A DNA stretch of 62,867 bases, counting the filler, from Welwitschia mirabilis (lineage: Eukaryota): assembly GCA_051453625.1 (NCBI GenBank). It is 3 parts of one record of this genome, joined end to end, with 100 filler letters (N's around TTAATTAATTAA, not from the genome) between each part and the next. Parts side by side here need not be neighbours in the genome. Positions count along the whole stretch, not along the records: positions 1 to 21,711 come from JBOZIK010000001.1; positions 21,812 to 40,650 come from JBOZIK010000001.1; 1 more part is not named here. One strand, 5' to 3'. The notes beneath the pieces were generated by a model. It ran no database searches and was not told the origin of the DNA. It was given only the letters and a program-made list of their open reading frames with translations. This document shows, piece by piece, positions 13,541 to 28,500 of this stretch; the first letter of the stretch is position 1, and each line of letters begins with the position of its first letter. A program made the translations under genes and the position numbers.

Positions 13541-16500
13541 TTCTCGTCACTACAGTTTGAGTTTTATCGAAATATGAGTAGCTTGAATGGAGACATATCC
13601 CATGTTAAAGACATCTTCTTAATAAGAGATGTCCATCATCTTGAAGATATCTATCCTAAAAATCTATAGAAAAATAAAATAATCATTAAACACCCAACAC
13701 TCAAACTTTTCTATTAGTTGTACAATGATTACGTGATTTTAAATGGACTTCTCTCTAGGACAACAACTAGAAAGACATCACAAGTATAAAGGGCGTAAAG
13801 AGAGAATAAAATGACATGCATAAATGCATGGATGATTGATACTACATAAAAATCTTTCAACTATATTTTGTAAGGAACTATTTGGTGAATATATCATTCA
13901 ATCATTAGATCTTACAAAGCTATATCACTCTAATATTTGAAACTAATTGGTAGATACAAGAAGGAAGAACTCAAGAACTTGATCAAAGAGACATCTTTTT
14001 AGGATTGTTATTTCATTTGTTATCATTATTTATTAGAACTAAATTGTATAAATATAAGATTTTTGAATACACTTTTTATAGTCCATTTTTTATCTCAAAC
14101 CTTAGGATCTATTACTAGGGTTCAATTTTGCAAGGTAACCCTTGTATTAGTGTGCTTCTGTGAGTTATTGTGAGCATATTTTTGTTTTATTTATTGACTA
14201 TACCTAAGAGGAAGAGAGTGCTATCTTAAAATGAGCATATCAATTATATATAATGTTGCTGATGCTTCAAAACTACTTTTATATGTTAATAATATCCAAG
14301 GGTATGAGAGGAAGCTACCCTTCACATATGAATGTATCAAGGTTGGAAAACCATATTAATCTAGTAAGGTACTTATTGTATAATTTTTAATTTATTTTTA
14401 GTAGAATCTATTTTTGATAGACCTCATTTACTCCTCTTCTTTGAGTTTAATGATCCTTAATATCATCGTCTCATGATTTAGAGACTTTCATCCTTAATTA
14501 GTTAAAACTCAAATTTGCTCTCTAAAATCTCATTTCTAGCCATTTTCAGTTGAAGTTGTAATTTTACTTATAAAACTTTCTAAACTATCAAATCTTAATT
14601 TTCTCAACTTTGCAAAGTGAATTTATCTATTATTATTGATGTGTTTTTAGAAATTCAAGATTATTTCTTTTTTTTTAGTACTTTTAGAATATGAAATCTA
14701 TTTTTTCTCAATTTTTATAGTATTCTTAATATTCTTGGTCAAATTAAGTTTAATTATAATTATAGAAAGTTACTATAAGACATATTATGAGTATTTTAAA
14801 GGTTTTAAGATTTCTTAATTTCATTCTTATGAATTTTTACTTTTCCTTTCTTTCTCTTCTTCCTTTTCCTCTTCCTTTTGGTTAAAATAGCTTAACTGAC
14901 TAAGTGTTACTTTGATTTCATAAACATTCATACTCTAGTTCTTATTAGTTAAATATTAAGTTAGAAACTAATTTAGATTTTTTAATGTCCTTATAAGTTA
15001 ATTGATAATGATTAAAAAGTTATCTTTCAAGTTAGTTATGTTGTAATTTAGTGAAAATATTAATAAAGTCAAATGGTTTGCTATGTTGATTTAAAGAATT
15101 TAGTTTTTTAATTGTTATCTTTTGATTCTAAAATGTGGTACATTTCATATAAAAGGAAATTTAATATTTTAATTACTTAATTACATCCATATTAAATGAT
15201 TTCAAGTATTAAATGTTTCAAGAAAAATTAGTTTTGTATGAAAATAACTTTATTAGATTTGACTATTTAAATTATTTGCTTATTGATCTTAAGAATCTTA
15301 GTGAATTTCTATAAACTACCTCATGAAATGACATTTTTACACATGAAGTTCTTTATGATAATTTTTAGTCATGTGTTGTAATTTATTATATGTCATAAGA
15401 AGAAATAGTTGTTTTTCATGTAAAGGGATAGTTTGATAAGGAAATGTTAATGTTTCTATATTAATTTTATTGGTTTGATAATCATGTGCTTCTACTATAT
15501 ATGCAATTTTAACCTAGGATATTTCTTTATGATTTAATTTAAACTTATTATACTTGATTTTCTTTCCTTGAGTTAAATTATCATGTTAAGTACACATCCA
15601 TTTTTGCAAAGGATCATACTGTGGTTTCCTCATTTTATAAAATGAACTTTTTATTTGTTTACATTATCTAGAATACAAAACAATGTGATTTTCACCTCAT
15701 TATCTATTAATCACTAACTTAAAAGGGAGGGTAAATGATTTCCAAGAATAGTTTTGATAAATAAAAACTAATAATTAGCTAGATCTAAAAACATGTAATA
15801 GCAATAAAATTATTATTATATTTATGTGATTTTCCAACTTGAGTAGTTCATACTTAGAGGGTCAAAACAAAAAAACCTCCAAATCTTATTGCTTAAATCA
15901 AAATACATGGTTAATGAATATCCACTAACCATACAAGACTTGGCCTAGTGAGGACATAGTAAGTAATTCCTCATAAGGTAGTCAATTTACTATGGTTCTA
16001 TACTTATCACTAATCTTACAACAATGGTATTTCTACTAGGAACATGCTTAAGTGTCATAATAGAAATAATACAACTTTGAAATACCAATAAGAACCTAAT
16101 TTCTTGAAGGCCTCTCAAAGGCCAAAGAATAGAAATAATAAAATGTGTAATAATAAAGATTCTAGGTAATCAAAATTTTGTCTCTAAGACTAATGGATTA
16201 TGGACATAAGAATCAAGCTTAAAAAATTAAAAATAAATCACATTTATAATATAAATTACTTTTTTACTAGAATAAAAAAGAAATATACTGATATTATAAT
16301 TCATATCCTATTTTTTATCCTCTTAATAATGCAATAATAGTGGGAATCCTTCCTCAAGAGTGATAAAGCATTTATAGTCTAAGAATCCCTTACATAATTG
16401 TATACCTTAGATGCTAATATTATTTCTAGTTCTACATTTAAGTTTTTTTAATTTATTTTTTAGAGAGATTTGTTAGATCCTTTTTTTAAATGATTCTAAC

Positions 16501-16599
16501 CACATGTTTACTCAAGGTTTATTCTTTACCTCTTGTACTAGTCTTGTTTGCTAGTGTTTCTTAAAGGGAGGCATGCACATGACTCAATATATGCTCTTT

Positions 16600-17250
16600 A
16601 ATGATTATTTTAATTTTCTATCTTTAATTTGATATCAGTTTATTTAAGAAAATGTAGATTTCTTCAAGTGTAGTAGATTTCTTTATTGAGAGTATAAGTC
16701 AAAAATTTGTGACTTGTCTATCATCATTCTTTAGTTTATTATATAAATCTTTAATACTAATAGATGTATTTACATATTGTATAAGTACAATGATTCTTTG
16801 TCCCATCAGCTAAGTGTATATGAACACTCCTAATACCATTAATATATACCACTACTATAATTGATTTGAGAAGACTATAATATCATGGCCCCGAATCATG
16901 GCTACGATCATATCTACCAGCTATCCATGGGCACCGAGGCAATGTTCTATGTGCATAGTGTCATAGAATTCATTAGTCTTAGATATATAGTATATTTCTT
17001 ATGCATTTAAGATCCACTTGAGATATAAATTTGTGAGCCTCTAATCTACCTCTAGCTTTAATTAACTCATAAAATCCATGAAACATCTCTTGTCATGGAT
17101 AGTAGCCATTTGAATAGTGAGAGAACTAGCATGTTGAGGTGGGGGATGTATCAGTTCTACACATTGGACCTCTAATGGTGCTAGTGGATTTATCTCCTAC
17201 TCAACAGCTTCAGCCTCTACTTAGCCTATCTATCTCTATGTGTGCATGAC
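16600..17250 (-). pseudogene. env-like/extra ORF relic of element D
   Basis: Translation of 16980-16860: KTNEFYDTMHIEHCLGAHG*LVDMIVAMIRGHDIIVFSNQL (EFY...V...IRG..I pattern). Preceded by a PPT-like tttagggagggc at ~17380-17395. Confidence 0.6.
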
Positions 17251-19679
17251 TTACTCAATTATAAATATACAATATGTCACATGAGATCTGATGCATATAG
17301 CTAAAATACATCACGTGGATGCTCAAAACAACTTCAAACATTGGTTTAAAAATGTGTAAAAATCATGAAAATATGTCATGCCCTCCCTAAAAACTATCAG
17401 TATGTCCCATATTACCTAGTTATATGAAGAAAAATGTGAAATTCATGAAATGTTAAAAATTGTATTTTAGGACGGCTCCACATAAGGTAAAAAATAAAAG
17501 TGCTCAAATGAAAAATCTAATTTACTAGAAACATAGAGCATGTCATAGTAATTAATTTACCCTAAATTATTACTATGTTTCAACTTATGATTTGTGAGAA
17601 AATGTGTTTTAAATGTAAAATCCTAATTCTTCCTCATTGAATGTACAACTTGTTATATCTTTTAAAATATGTAATGTAAATCAACTTCATATGTTTTTAA
17701 TTGAAGAAATCAAAAAAATAAATGACATACATGAAAACTATACATCAAAAGGATGAGAAATGGAAGGAAAAAAATTGAAAGAAAAAGTAAGAGAAAAACA
17801 TACTCATTTTTGAAAAAATGGTAAAATCTAGAAATCTAGTAAATAAATTTAATGGCAATAAGTTCTAGCACATCGATAGTAATTAGGGGTACTATTATCT
17901 CTTGATAGAGTGGTTGGAAATGATAAATACTGAAAGAAAAAAAAAAGGAAAAAAATGGATAACATAGTTTTATCACACTATTATCCAATCACATCATTCG
18001 GATAATAGCTCTAGGATGACTATTAGAAAAAATCTCAATATCATTCCCAGTATCATCTGGATGACTACGTGGATGATGAAACTTTGAAAAAGTTCTTAAA
18101 ATAAAAATGTTAGTCAAGTAAGTTAGAATCAGATATCAATGTAAAGGTAACAAAATGTATTAGAAGGTTTTAAAAAAAAAGGGAATAATAAAGAGCCATG
18201 ACAAATCAAGATGATGAGAAAAACTCAAAACAAATGAAATTTAGGGTGATAAAAACATACTAAGTAGATTGAAACTTGATAAAGGAAACTGAACAAATTT
18301 ACTTGAACTGAAAAAATAAATAGGGAAAAGTGTAGAATTCCAAAAGATATAAAGGAATCTCATAAAAATTGTGAAGCATATAATATTATTATCTAATTAA
18401 AATGCTGAAAGAAAATCAATGTGATATTAAAAGAAACATCATAACTAACAATAAGAAAACTACTAATGATAAGGTCCTAAGTGAGGTTGAGAGAGTATGA
18501 AAATGAATTTGAAATAAAAATAAAAGAATTAAAGAAAAAGCAGAAAAGAAATGGACATAAGAAACATAAAAACGATAGCTTACCTATCCTAAATTATAAC
18601 CTAGCAAACCCTCTTGAAAGGCTCATAAAGATATGTAAGTAAAAATGCATAACAAAATGTATCGAGTCCATAAAGTTCCCCTCAAAAAGATAGTAATTAT
18701 GATGAAGATCAAACACTTATAATAATAAATGATAAGATCAAAAGCTACATAGAAAAAAACTCACCTACTCTCATCCTAAAATACACTAGAATCCTTAAAA
18801 GTAAAATGATCATATACGAATACTAAGCATCTAAAAAATAAGCAATGCCTCTAATTATACTCAAAACATAAATAATTCTATATCCTCAAAGTTTATTACA
18901 ACTTTTTATNNNNNNNNNNNNNNNNNNNNNNNNNNNNNNNNNNNNNNNNNNNNNNNNNNNNNNNNNNNNNNNNNNNNNNNNNNNNNNNNNNNNNNNNNNN
19001 NNNNNNNNNATCATATACGAATACTAAGCATCTAAAAAATAAGCAATGCCTCTAATTATACTAAAAACATAAATAATTCTATATCCTCAAAGTTTATTAC
19101 AACTTTTTATGATGAGGAGAGTGCAACCATAATTAAAGAAGTAAGACCCCATGAAGAATGGTCAACTAACTTCCTAGTGGAGTTTCCATGTCTATCAAGA
19201 CTATCAAAGGTTTCTTTTAAAAAAATTTACCCTAGTGTGGTAGGAGATCATAGTGACCATGTATTTTTTAGCTCAAGTACAGTGGATAATGATCATTATT
19301 TTCTCTTTCTTTCTCTCTTTTTTTAAAATACATAATAAGATAAATAATTTCTACATGATCACACAATCAAAAATACAAAGGTGAATAAGTGAGATGAAAG
19401 ATAGAAAAGAACATACCTAAATGGCTAAATACCTTATACCATTGGAAAAAAAGCAAAAGAACTAAGACATCTTCTTTCAAAATTAAGTTCATAGATATGG
19501 GAATGTCTTAAGATTAGATAAATCCAATCTTATTAGTATAAAATGCCTAAGTATGAATACTAATTATAGATAAAGTAAACACGTAAGTCAAGTTTAAAAG
19601 ATGATCGAATAACATCATAACATTCACCAAAGGATAAGATAAGAGAGAACTCAAACAATGATAGGGTGGAAGTTCTTCT

Positions 19680-22600
19680 CATTGAGGAGAACTTCCAAAA
19701 TAATTACTTATATCATGTTTGAAATTTCATCAAAAGATTTTTTGTATTTTTTAAATATTTGTCCATTAACTTTCTAAATCTCCTTAGTTTTAAAGTCAAA
19801 AATATTAACAGAGCCATTAGAATGTACTTCTTTATAAGATAAGTGTCTAACTATTTAGATATTAACTTGTTATGTAAACAATGTACTCTAGTATTATATG
19901 AAAGGACAAGTTGACTAGGTTCAAACTTTTTATAAAGTAACTTTCTATCATGTTTGAACTTATCTTGGGCTTTGTAAATTAGATGACGAAGTATAGTATG
20001 AGTACATTTTTCATCTAGGTAATCAAGTTTGGCTAATATATATTTAAGATTATCATGAATATCAACAAGAGTAAGTTGATGAAAAGAATGATAAGAGTTA
20101 TAATACACATCAACAGATAAAAATACAAACTTTTTCATATACAAGTTCATAAGGTGAAAAACCAAAAGAATTACACCAAGTCATACGTTAAGCCCAAAGA
20201 ACATTGTTAAGCTTTAAATCCCAATATTTATTGTTAATAAGAATAAGTTTTTATAGAATTTTATTAATTTCTCTATTTGTATTTTTGGCTTCATCATCAA
20301 TTTATGGATGATAAGAATAAGCTACTCTATGTTCAATTATAATGAAATAAAAGAAGTTTTCTAAAAAGTTAATTAATAAAATGAGTTTCTTAATCATAAT
20401 GATAATCCTAAAAAACCAAAATATGAAAAAATATGAGTTCTAAAAAAAGTTTAAACAATTTGAGCATCATTTGTAGAAGTAGAAATAACTTCAATTCATT
20501 TAGTAACATAATAAACAACCACTAAAATAAAGTTCTTTTTTATTATAAGGTGGTTTAATAGTATCTATAAAATTAATTTCCTAATAATTAAAAGGTTCAC
20601 ATTTAAGAATAGGTTTAAGGGGAATCTCTTAAGAATGAATAAGGCTACTATAGCATTAACAAGTATCATACCTTTTAGCAAAATTAAAAGAATCTTGAAA
20701 AAGAATAGGCTAATAAAAATGAGAGTGAAGGATTTCCGTAGCTATTTGCTATCCACTAAAATAACCACTCAAAACACCACTATGGCAAAGATGAAGGATG
20801 TCAAATTTTTACCATTCAGGCACACATTTTTGCATGATTTGATTTTTGTACTTATTATATAAATTTTGCTCTATCACTTCATAATCATCTATTTTATAGA
20901 GAAAGGATTTTATTTGATTATAATTTTAATGTCATAGTATTTTCATAATCATAGGGTAATTATAAATACCAACATAACAAGAAGGATGATAAGTAGAAGA
21001 TATAATAAAAAGTTGTTCACCTACAAAATAATTATTAATCATAAGATCATCAAGAGAAAGAAAGATATGAGAAATGATCTGCTATATTATTATGCTTTCC
21101 TACTTTATCAATGACGGTTAAAATAAATTATTACATAATAAGGATCTATCTAATAAGTCTAGCACTAAAATATTATTTGGTCATGAAGTATCTAATCACT
21201 ACATGATTAGTATAAACATTTGTATAAAAGCATAAAAGATAATATTTGAGCATATTAAGGTAAAAGATAATCGCTAATATTTCTTTTTTTATAGTAGTGT
21301 AATTTATTTAAGATTTAGATAAAGTTTTACTATGATAAGATATAACCTTAAAATAATTTTCGTATTTTAGTCTAAGCACTCCATCTAAGGCAACATTACT
21401 AGCATCACATATTAACTCAAAATATTTATTCCAACTGGGTCTCATTATAATAGGAGTAGAAGAGATTTTATCTTTAAGGGTGTCAAAAGCAAGCTGACAA
21501 GATTTGTTCTAATTAAATTTAGCTTCTTTTTCAAGTACAAGTAAAAGGGTTTATAAAATTTTGCATAATCTTGAATAAAATTATAATAAAAACCACAATG
21601 ACTAAGAAAGGATCAAACTTGTTTTACATTGGTTGGATGTTGCGATCCCAAATTATCATGTTTTAATAGTGTAATTGATGATGTTTTGCAGGGAACAGGA
21701 ACTCAATTCAGNNNNNNNNNNNNNNNNNNNNNNNNNNNNNNNNNNNNNNNNNNNNTTAATTAATTAANNNNNNNNNNNNNNNNNNNNNNNNNNNNNNNNN
21801 NNNNNNNNNNNTATTAAGGACTTTTTCTAATCTTTCTAAGATTTGTTCTAAGTTTTTATCATAGATTGAGAAGTCATTCATAAAAATTTCTATTGAATCC
21901 TCTAACATATTAGAAAAAATATCCATCATTGCACATTAAAAATTACTAAGAGCATTGCAAAGTCCAAAATACATATGTCTAAAAGAAAAAAATTCTAAAA
22001 GGTGAAGTAAAAGTAGTTTTATCCTAATCCTCACTAGTAATACAACCATTATATCCATCCAGAAAACAATAAAAAACATGTCCTTATATTATATCAAGAA
22101 TTTGATCAAGGAAAGGTAAAGGATAATGTTGTTTCTTCATTACTTCATTTAATCTTCTAAAATTAATATACATTTTCCACTTCCCACCTATCTTAGGTAC
22201 TACAATCAAAGGGCTAATCCACTCACTATCAGATATAGCATAAATAATTTTAATATTCATTAATTTAATGATTTAACCTTTTACAACTTATTTAAGGACT
22301 AGGTTTAGTCTAACAAGGTTTGCATTATCTTCAAGGTAGATTTTATGTTAAATAATAGAGGTAGGAATGGCTATCAAATCTTTATGGGACTAAGCAAATG
22401 TATTAACCTTATATTTCATAGGTAAGATTAAAATTGACTCTTGTTGAGGGAAAAGATTTTTATTTATTATTAGAAGTTTATTCCAATTATTACACTAAAA
22501 GATATATTTTAGTCTAATAAGTAAAGGTCTTAGATTTAAATTTAAATTTTTATTTCATGTTAAACTTTTATTAGAATTGACTATCATCTTAGATTGTCAT

Positions 22601-23868
22601 CTAGACGATAGTAGTGGATGATCTCCTTTAAAATAAGAAATCTTAATTTTATTAAAATTTTGACTCTGCACAGTCTATAGCTTTAATTTTTCTACTCTCT
22701 TAGTTAAAATAGTTACTTCCTAGATCCTCATAACTAGGTTGATCATCATAAAAAACTTTCAAGTTTTCTACTTTAAGTGGATTATCAAATAAGATTGGCT
22801 CATAAAGCATTAATCATCTTTCCTTAAGTGGATGATGCTATAAAAATAAACTAGATTTAATATCTTCTTTAATATTTAACTCATCACCTAAATCCTTTTT
22901 AGTAGCTTCAAATACTCTAATAGTATACTTATCATTTTTGTAAGTAACATTCCATCATTCTAGTTTTGTTATCGATAATACAATGGATTGTTACATAAAA
23001 AGCTCTACCTAGAAGTAATGAATAACCTCCATTATGCTCAACTTTAATTACAATCACATATATATTATAGAATTCTTTTTCTATTTAAATTACTAAATCT
23101 TTAATTACTCCTAAAGATTTCTTTACTAATGTATCTACTAATTCAAAGATAATCCTTATAGGCTCAATTCCACGTTTCAAACCAAGTCATTGATAAATGG
23201 ATAAGAACATAATATTAACACTCACTTCTATATTGATTAAGTCTTTCTTTATTATTTTATTTCTTTCTAAAGTAATACTAACTATTTTAACCCCTAGATC
23301 CTTAAACTTTGAACATTTTTATAATACTAAGTTGGTTATAGATTAAGCTAGGAAGACTTCATTAGGTATAGTTTATTTATATTCCCTTCTAATCAAATCT
23401 TTTCATAACTTAGAATATTTAGGATTCTCTTGCAAAAGTTTCTAAAATGATAAATTTATACTCACATTTTGCATTAAGGCTTTAAGATGCTTATTGTGTT
23501 TAATCTATCAAGCCAAGAGGTAGCAGCTTTCTTACTTTTATCTTGAAAAGCAATTTTCTTGTCATTATTTAAAGGAAAATGAAAAGAATGATTTCCTAAG
23601 ATTTCAATATCTTCTTCTTCATCATCATTTTTATCATTTTGGGATGTTAAAGCCTCTTGGGTAGAAGGTGTTATATCATTTCCATTTCTTGTCATAACCT
23701 TACAATATTTTTTAACTTTATTAGGATTTGTTAAAGGTTGTATTGCAAGTAATCCTTATGATCTTTGATTAGCAAGAATATTTTATTATATAACCTTAAT
23801 AAACAATTTTCAATGTTTGAATTTGCTTTCTCTTAAGATTTTCTTAATTCGTCAATGGGATTTTTAAG
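19680..23868 (-). pseudogene. Element D gag C-terminus and pol pseudogene
   Basis: ORF 23474-23695 is homologous to the B/C gag linker (VTRxG..EEDIEIL); RT 'FMNDFS' ~21875; RH 'CDASNVAL' ~21400; IN C-terminal ORF 19851-20165 is homologous to 41789-42280. Confidence 0.9.
21638..21711 (+). mobile_element. Start of an LTR (B-related family) inserted in element D pol, running into a gap
   Basis: Pol sequence switches abruptly to tgttgcgatcccaaatt, nearly identical to the B LTR start tgttgcgatgccaattt (43979). Confidence 0.6.
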
Positions 23869-23873
23869 TGCAT

Positions 23874-25094
23874 TAATATGCCACCAAATTATATGTATTT
23901 GATGAGGTGCTATGAGCTATTTTACAAGACATTTATATAGGTTTAGATGCAATTTTGAGGATTATAGAGAGCTAAAAGATGATTATTGAAATATGCAATT
24001 CTTGACATATTTTGAGGCTTTTTAGGCACTTTCTGATATTCAATGCTTTGGAGGAAGATTAATGATATAAAAGATAGGCTTTTCTTGGGTTTAAAAGATA
24101 AGGAGGATTTTCATCTCCTATATTGTCCCCATGACAAACAAGACAATAGCCATTTACAAGACAAATTAGATGTTGACATGAACCAAAGTTGCAACCAATA
24201 GAGACCACTTTTGTAAAGGTGTCATTCCTAATGTCATTTTCATAACATGAAGGATACCAAATTATAATGCATGTACCATCATCCCCTTAATTGTTTCTAT
24301 GATAGTTAGGATTACATCTAAAACAGCTAGCTGACCTTTATTCATTTCATCTGTTTCTTTATTAATTTAAATGAGTTTTTTTAGTGCATTTTGTTTGATG
24401 GTTTTGCCTTTTTTACTCTATAAATGAATCCCTCCAATGACTCTCCTATCCATATTTAATGCACTAGACATTATCGTGGTAGGAGATAGAAGAATAAAAG
24501 ATCCCTCTTATAAGTTGTGGAAAGATGTTTCCTTAGTAAAGAGCTATGTATCCTCCATTGAGACTCAGCTATTTTGTAACCTAGATGCTAGTTTAATTTT
24601 TAATGTAAAATTCTATTTCATTTGTGCATTTCTTCTATTAATTTTATTTATGATTTCTGTTGTTACTAATGATATAGGTCTTAAGAACAATCTTCATTAA
24701 GATTGATAAAAGCAGTTTAGAATTATTTTGCATTATATTTATTCAACTTACTTGATAGTCTAAGTTGATCTCAGTTAGTAATAGTTTCTTTGGCTAGTTT
24801 TAGATTATATAGGATCAATATTCCTAATGAGTCAATTTGGTATTTGGATAGATATTGATTTGGATTAAAGGCATTTTCATTCCATTGCATATTTACTTTC
24901 TTGCATTATTATTAAGTTAGGATATAAAATTTTCTCTAAAAATCAATTCAACTTCTTCTCTTGCATGCCTTTAACAGGTTTACAACAATTGGATCACTTC
25001 CATTCATACTAAAGTGTTGTATTTTGCAATATATCTAATTTGATTAATAGAAGTCAGTGGAATATAAAGGATAACAAAAATATACACTATAACA
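23874..25094 (+). repeat. 5' LTR of element C
   Basis: Colinear with 45655-46878; ends ...tataaca, immediately before the PBS. Confidence 0.88.
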
Positions 25095-25115
25095 TCTTGG
25101 CACCATTACCGAGGA
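25095..25115 (+). promoter_or_regulatory. Athila-type PBS (tRNA-Asp related), element C
   Basis: tcttggcaccattaccgagga versus the Athila consensus TTTTGGCGCCGTTGCCGGGGA; differences are transitions. Confidence 0.85.
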
Positions 25116-25529
25116 AGGCTGCTAAAGAGCATGAGGAATGTTGTTTCTTAAGTGAGTAAATTGGATTTCAGTTCAAAAATTTAGCCATAGTAACATTGTA
25201 TTTTTATTTAGGAATTATAGGTATTTAGTTCATGATTTTTTGTTTTTATCAGTTTTTTAATAATAGTTTTTCATCCTCTCTATCGTCTCCATAACATTAA
25301 GAATAACATAGCTTTATCAGTTTATTTGCAATTTGTAAATTTTTCTTTCTTGAGATTTATTAGTAGAAAACTAATTATCATCTCCTCTATTATTTACATG
25401 ACAAGGTGGATGACAACCTCTATTTTGGTTTTATACTTTCTATTTTTTAGTTATAGTAATTTTTTCTATTTTTTGTTTCTATTTTCATCATCCTTTGTGT
25501 TATCCCCATGAATAGAAGGATGATTATTA

Positions 25530-28500
25530 GTTATTTTTTATTTTATTTTCTATTATTTTGTATTTAAAGGATGTTGTAACATGGTCAATATAGAAAATAA
25601 ATATATAGAAAAAGGCTACTGATAGAAGAAAACATCAAAAAAGGACTGGTTAACTTCAAAATTGAATTGGAAATGCAATCTTCAAGTGCATACAATATTT
25701 CTTTTGAGTTTTTTTTTTTTTGAATATAATCACATAAAGAAAATTTTTTAAAAGATAATTTAGAAGAAGATAGTTTTACTATGTTGAACATTGTATAAAA
25801 GCAAAAATAAGTCATAGGACCTTTAACCCTTGATTCTAATATGGACCTTACCCTTAAGGAATTAATATCCAATAGCAAATGGAAAATACAAACTACTTTT
25901 GATTTACCCATAAGATATGATGTAGGATTAAATAATTTAAATTCCTATCCCATCTTTAGTAGTGAACATGATGAGGATCCCCTCCAACACATTTCAGATG
26001 TTAAATAGTTGGTTATAACCTCTAGCAATGGAAAGAAATGGATTAGTAATCATACTTATATAGTTATTTTTCCCATTACATTAAAAGGAAAGATAAACTC
26101 TGGTTGAAAACAATACTTCACAAGAGTTTAAAAACTTTGAATTAAGTTCAAGAAGTGTTTATTAAAAGATTTATAAGTGAATAAACTATTAGAAAAAGGA
26201 AAAAAAATAAGTGAGAAATTTCTAACAATAACCAAATGAGGATTATTCTTCCACATACGAATACTTCTTTATTGCAGTTCATTCTAATACGATAGATGCT
26301 TTTACATCAGAGGAGTTAATTGATTACTTTTATAGTGGATTAAATAACCAAATGAAAAAACTCATATATTTGTCTTATAATGGAAAAGTAATAAACCTTA
26401 AGTTAGAAAATGCCTGGAAAACATTAAAAGGACTTCTAGAGATGAGCCAAACTTAGTCAACATCAAGAGATAACTAAAATGTAGGATAAATCATCAAAGA
26501 TTTGAAAGAGATAAAACAAGAAAAGAAGGTAAACAAAATAGAACACAACCCTACAAATTTAATTAGAGATTTCACAATAACTTTAGATAAGTATACTAAG
26601 ATGATTCTAGGTGTGAAATTAGCAATTGAAAAGAGTTTTATACCAACATGTTATTTATGCAAGGAAAACTATCACATAACCAAATATTATTTACTATCAC
26701 TAACATATAAGGATAAAATACATGAAGAAGTTCATTCTTTCAACAAAAAATTTTCAAATTTCATAATAAAAAATAAAACCATTTAAAACCTAAGATGAAT
26801 TCACAATTTTATTTTCAAATATTTAACAATAAATTAAAAAATTTTCAAACCAATTTTAACCTTTCAAAAATCAATTTGTAAATTCAAACTTTGAATCAAG
26901 ATCATTAAATTTTTAATATCAAAATGATTCACTTTAAAACTCTATGGATAAACTTATGAAATTACAAAAAATCACAAACTTTAGCATTTAAAGATAAAAA
27001 TCAACATTAAAAACTTGGTGAATATCCTGCAACAAATCATGTTATCTAACCAAAGATCATAAGGATCATTATTAATACAACCTCTACGAGACCCTAATAA
27101 AATGATAAAAGACTGTAAGGTTGTAACATAAAGTGGACATGAAGAAAAGCCTCCTCCTTGTGAAGTGTTAATCTCTTAAAATAATATTACGAATGAGGAG
27201 GAAGAAGAGGACATTGAAATACTAGAAAACTATAACTTTACTTCTCTTGACAAAAATAAAAGTAAAAAGGCTTCATAACAAGTAGGAAAAAAAAATAGTT
27301 ACCCATTGGCTTAATAGGCTTGACACTAATTCAACTTTTAATGAACATATCAAAACCTTAATAAAAGATGTAAGTATAAAATTATAATTCTAGAAACTTT
27401 TACCAAAAAATGCAAAATAGGATAAGCTATGTAAAGATTAATAAGAAGAAAGTAAAAATGGGTTCTTCCTAGTAAACTCTTTTTAGCTCAATTCCTTACA
27501 AACTTAGTGTTATAAAATTCTCCAAAATTTAAGGATCCAAGGGCAATAATGATTAGTATTGTATTATAGAAAGATAAAAGAATCAAACAAGATTTAATTA
27601 ATATTGGAGTGAGTGTTAATATCATGTCATTACACATTTATAAGATACTAGGTTTAGAAGGTAGAGTAGATCCTACTTAGATTCTCTTGGAATTAGCAAA
27701 GAGATCAGTTAAGAAAACCTTAAGGATCATTGAAGATTTAGTAATTCAAATTGAAAAGGCATTCTACTCAATAGATATGGTTTTCATAGAGGTCAAACAT
27801 AATGAAAGTTACACATTACTTCTAAGATAAGCCTTCTATGCAATATTCCATTGCATCATCGATACAAGGATAGGGAAGATGGAGCATCACCTAGAAAACA
27901 AAACGTTTTCAATTATAGTTTATAATATAGCTAAGAAAGGCTTAGGTGATAAATGGGATATAGAAAATTACATTAAATCAACCTTATTACTTTAACATTA
28001 TTCTCTTGAAGAAGATGACTTATGTTACATGAACCTACATTTTATAATAATCCATTTGAGATTAAAAACTTAGAAGCTTTTGATACATCCAACTTTTAAC
28101 ATTTAGGAAATTACTTTTTAGATTATAATAAAGAAGAAATAGAACCCTTATTATATAAGAAAGTTCAACTATTAACAACAAAGAAAAATTCATAATTTAA
28201 GGGAGATTATCCACTACATGAATTAAAAACTAAAAATCTTAATTTGAATTTAAAAAATCTTCTTTATGAACTAAAATATATTTTTTCCCTATAACAGTTG
28301 GAAAAAAATTCTCATAATAGACAAAAATCTATTCCTTGAATAAGAGTTAACATTAATCTCCCTTTTGACTTCCAAAATTCATGCCTTTGCTTAGTCTGAT
28401 AGAGATTTATATATTATTTCTTTTTCTATTATTCAGCATAAAATATATCTTAAGGAAAATGAAAAACCTATTAGGTAACCACAAAGAAGATTAAATATAA

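Noticed and set aside
13540-14462. Possible Sirevirus-like solo LTR (end 'catttactcctcttct'; similar reverse motif at ~15720)
   Set aside because: Motif too decayed; no termini, TSD or partner could be established.
18809-19110. Near-identical 100-bp direct repeat
   Set aside because: It flanks a 100-N gap with about one mismatch; an unmerged contig overlap.
21756-21767. TTAATTAATTAA palindrome centred in N runs (also 40695-40706)
   Set aside because: Exactly 44 N + 12 nt + 44 N in both places; an artificial six-frame-stop scaffolding linker, not biology.
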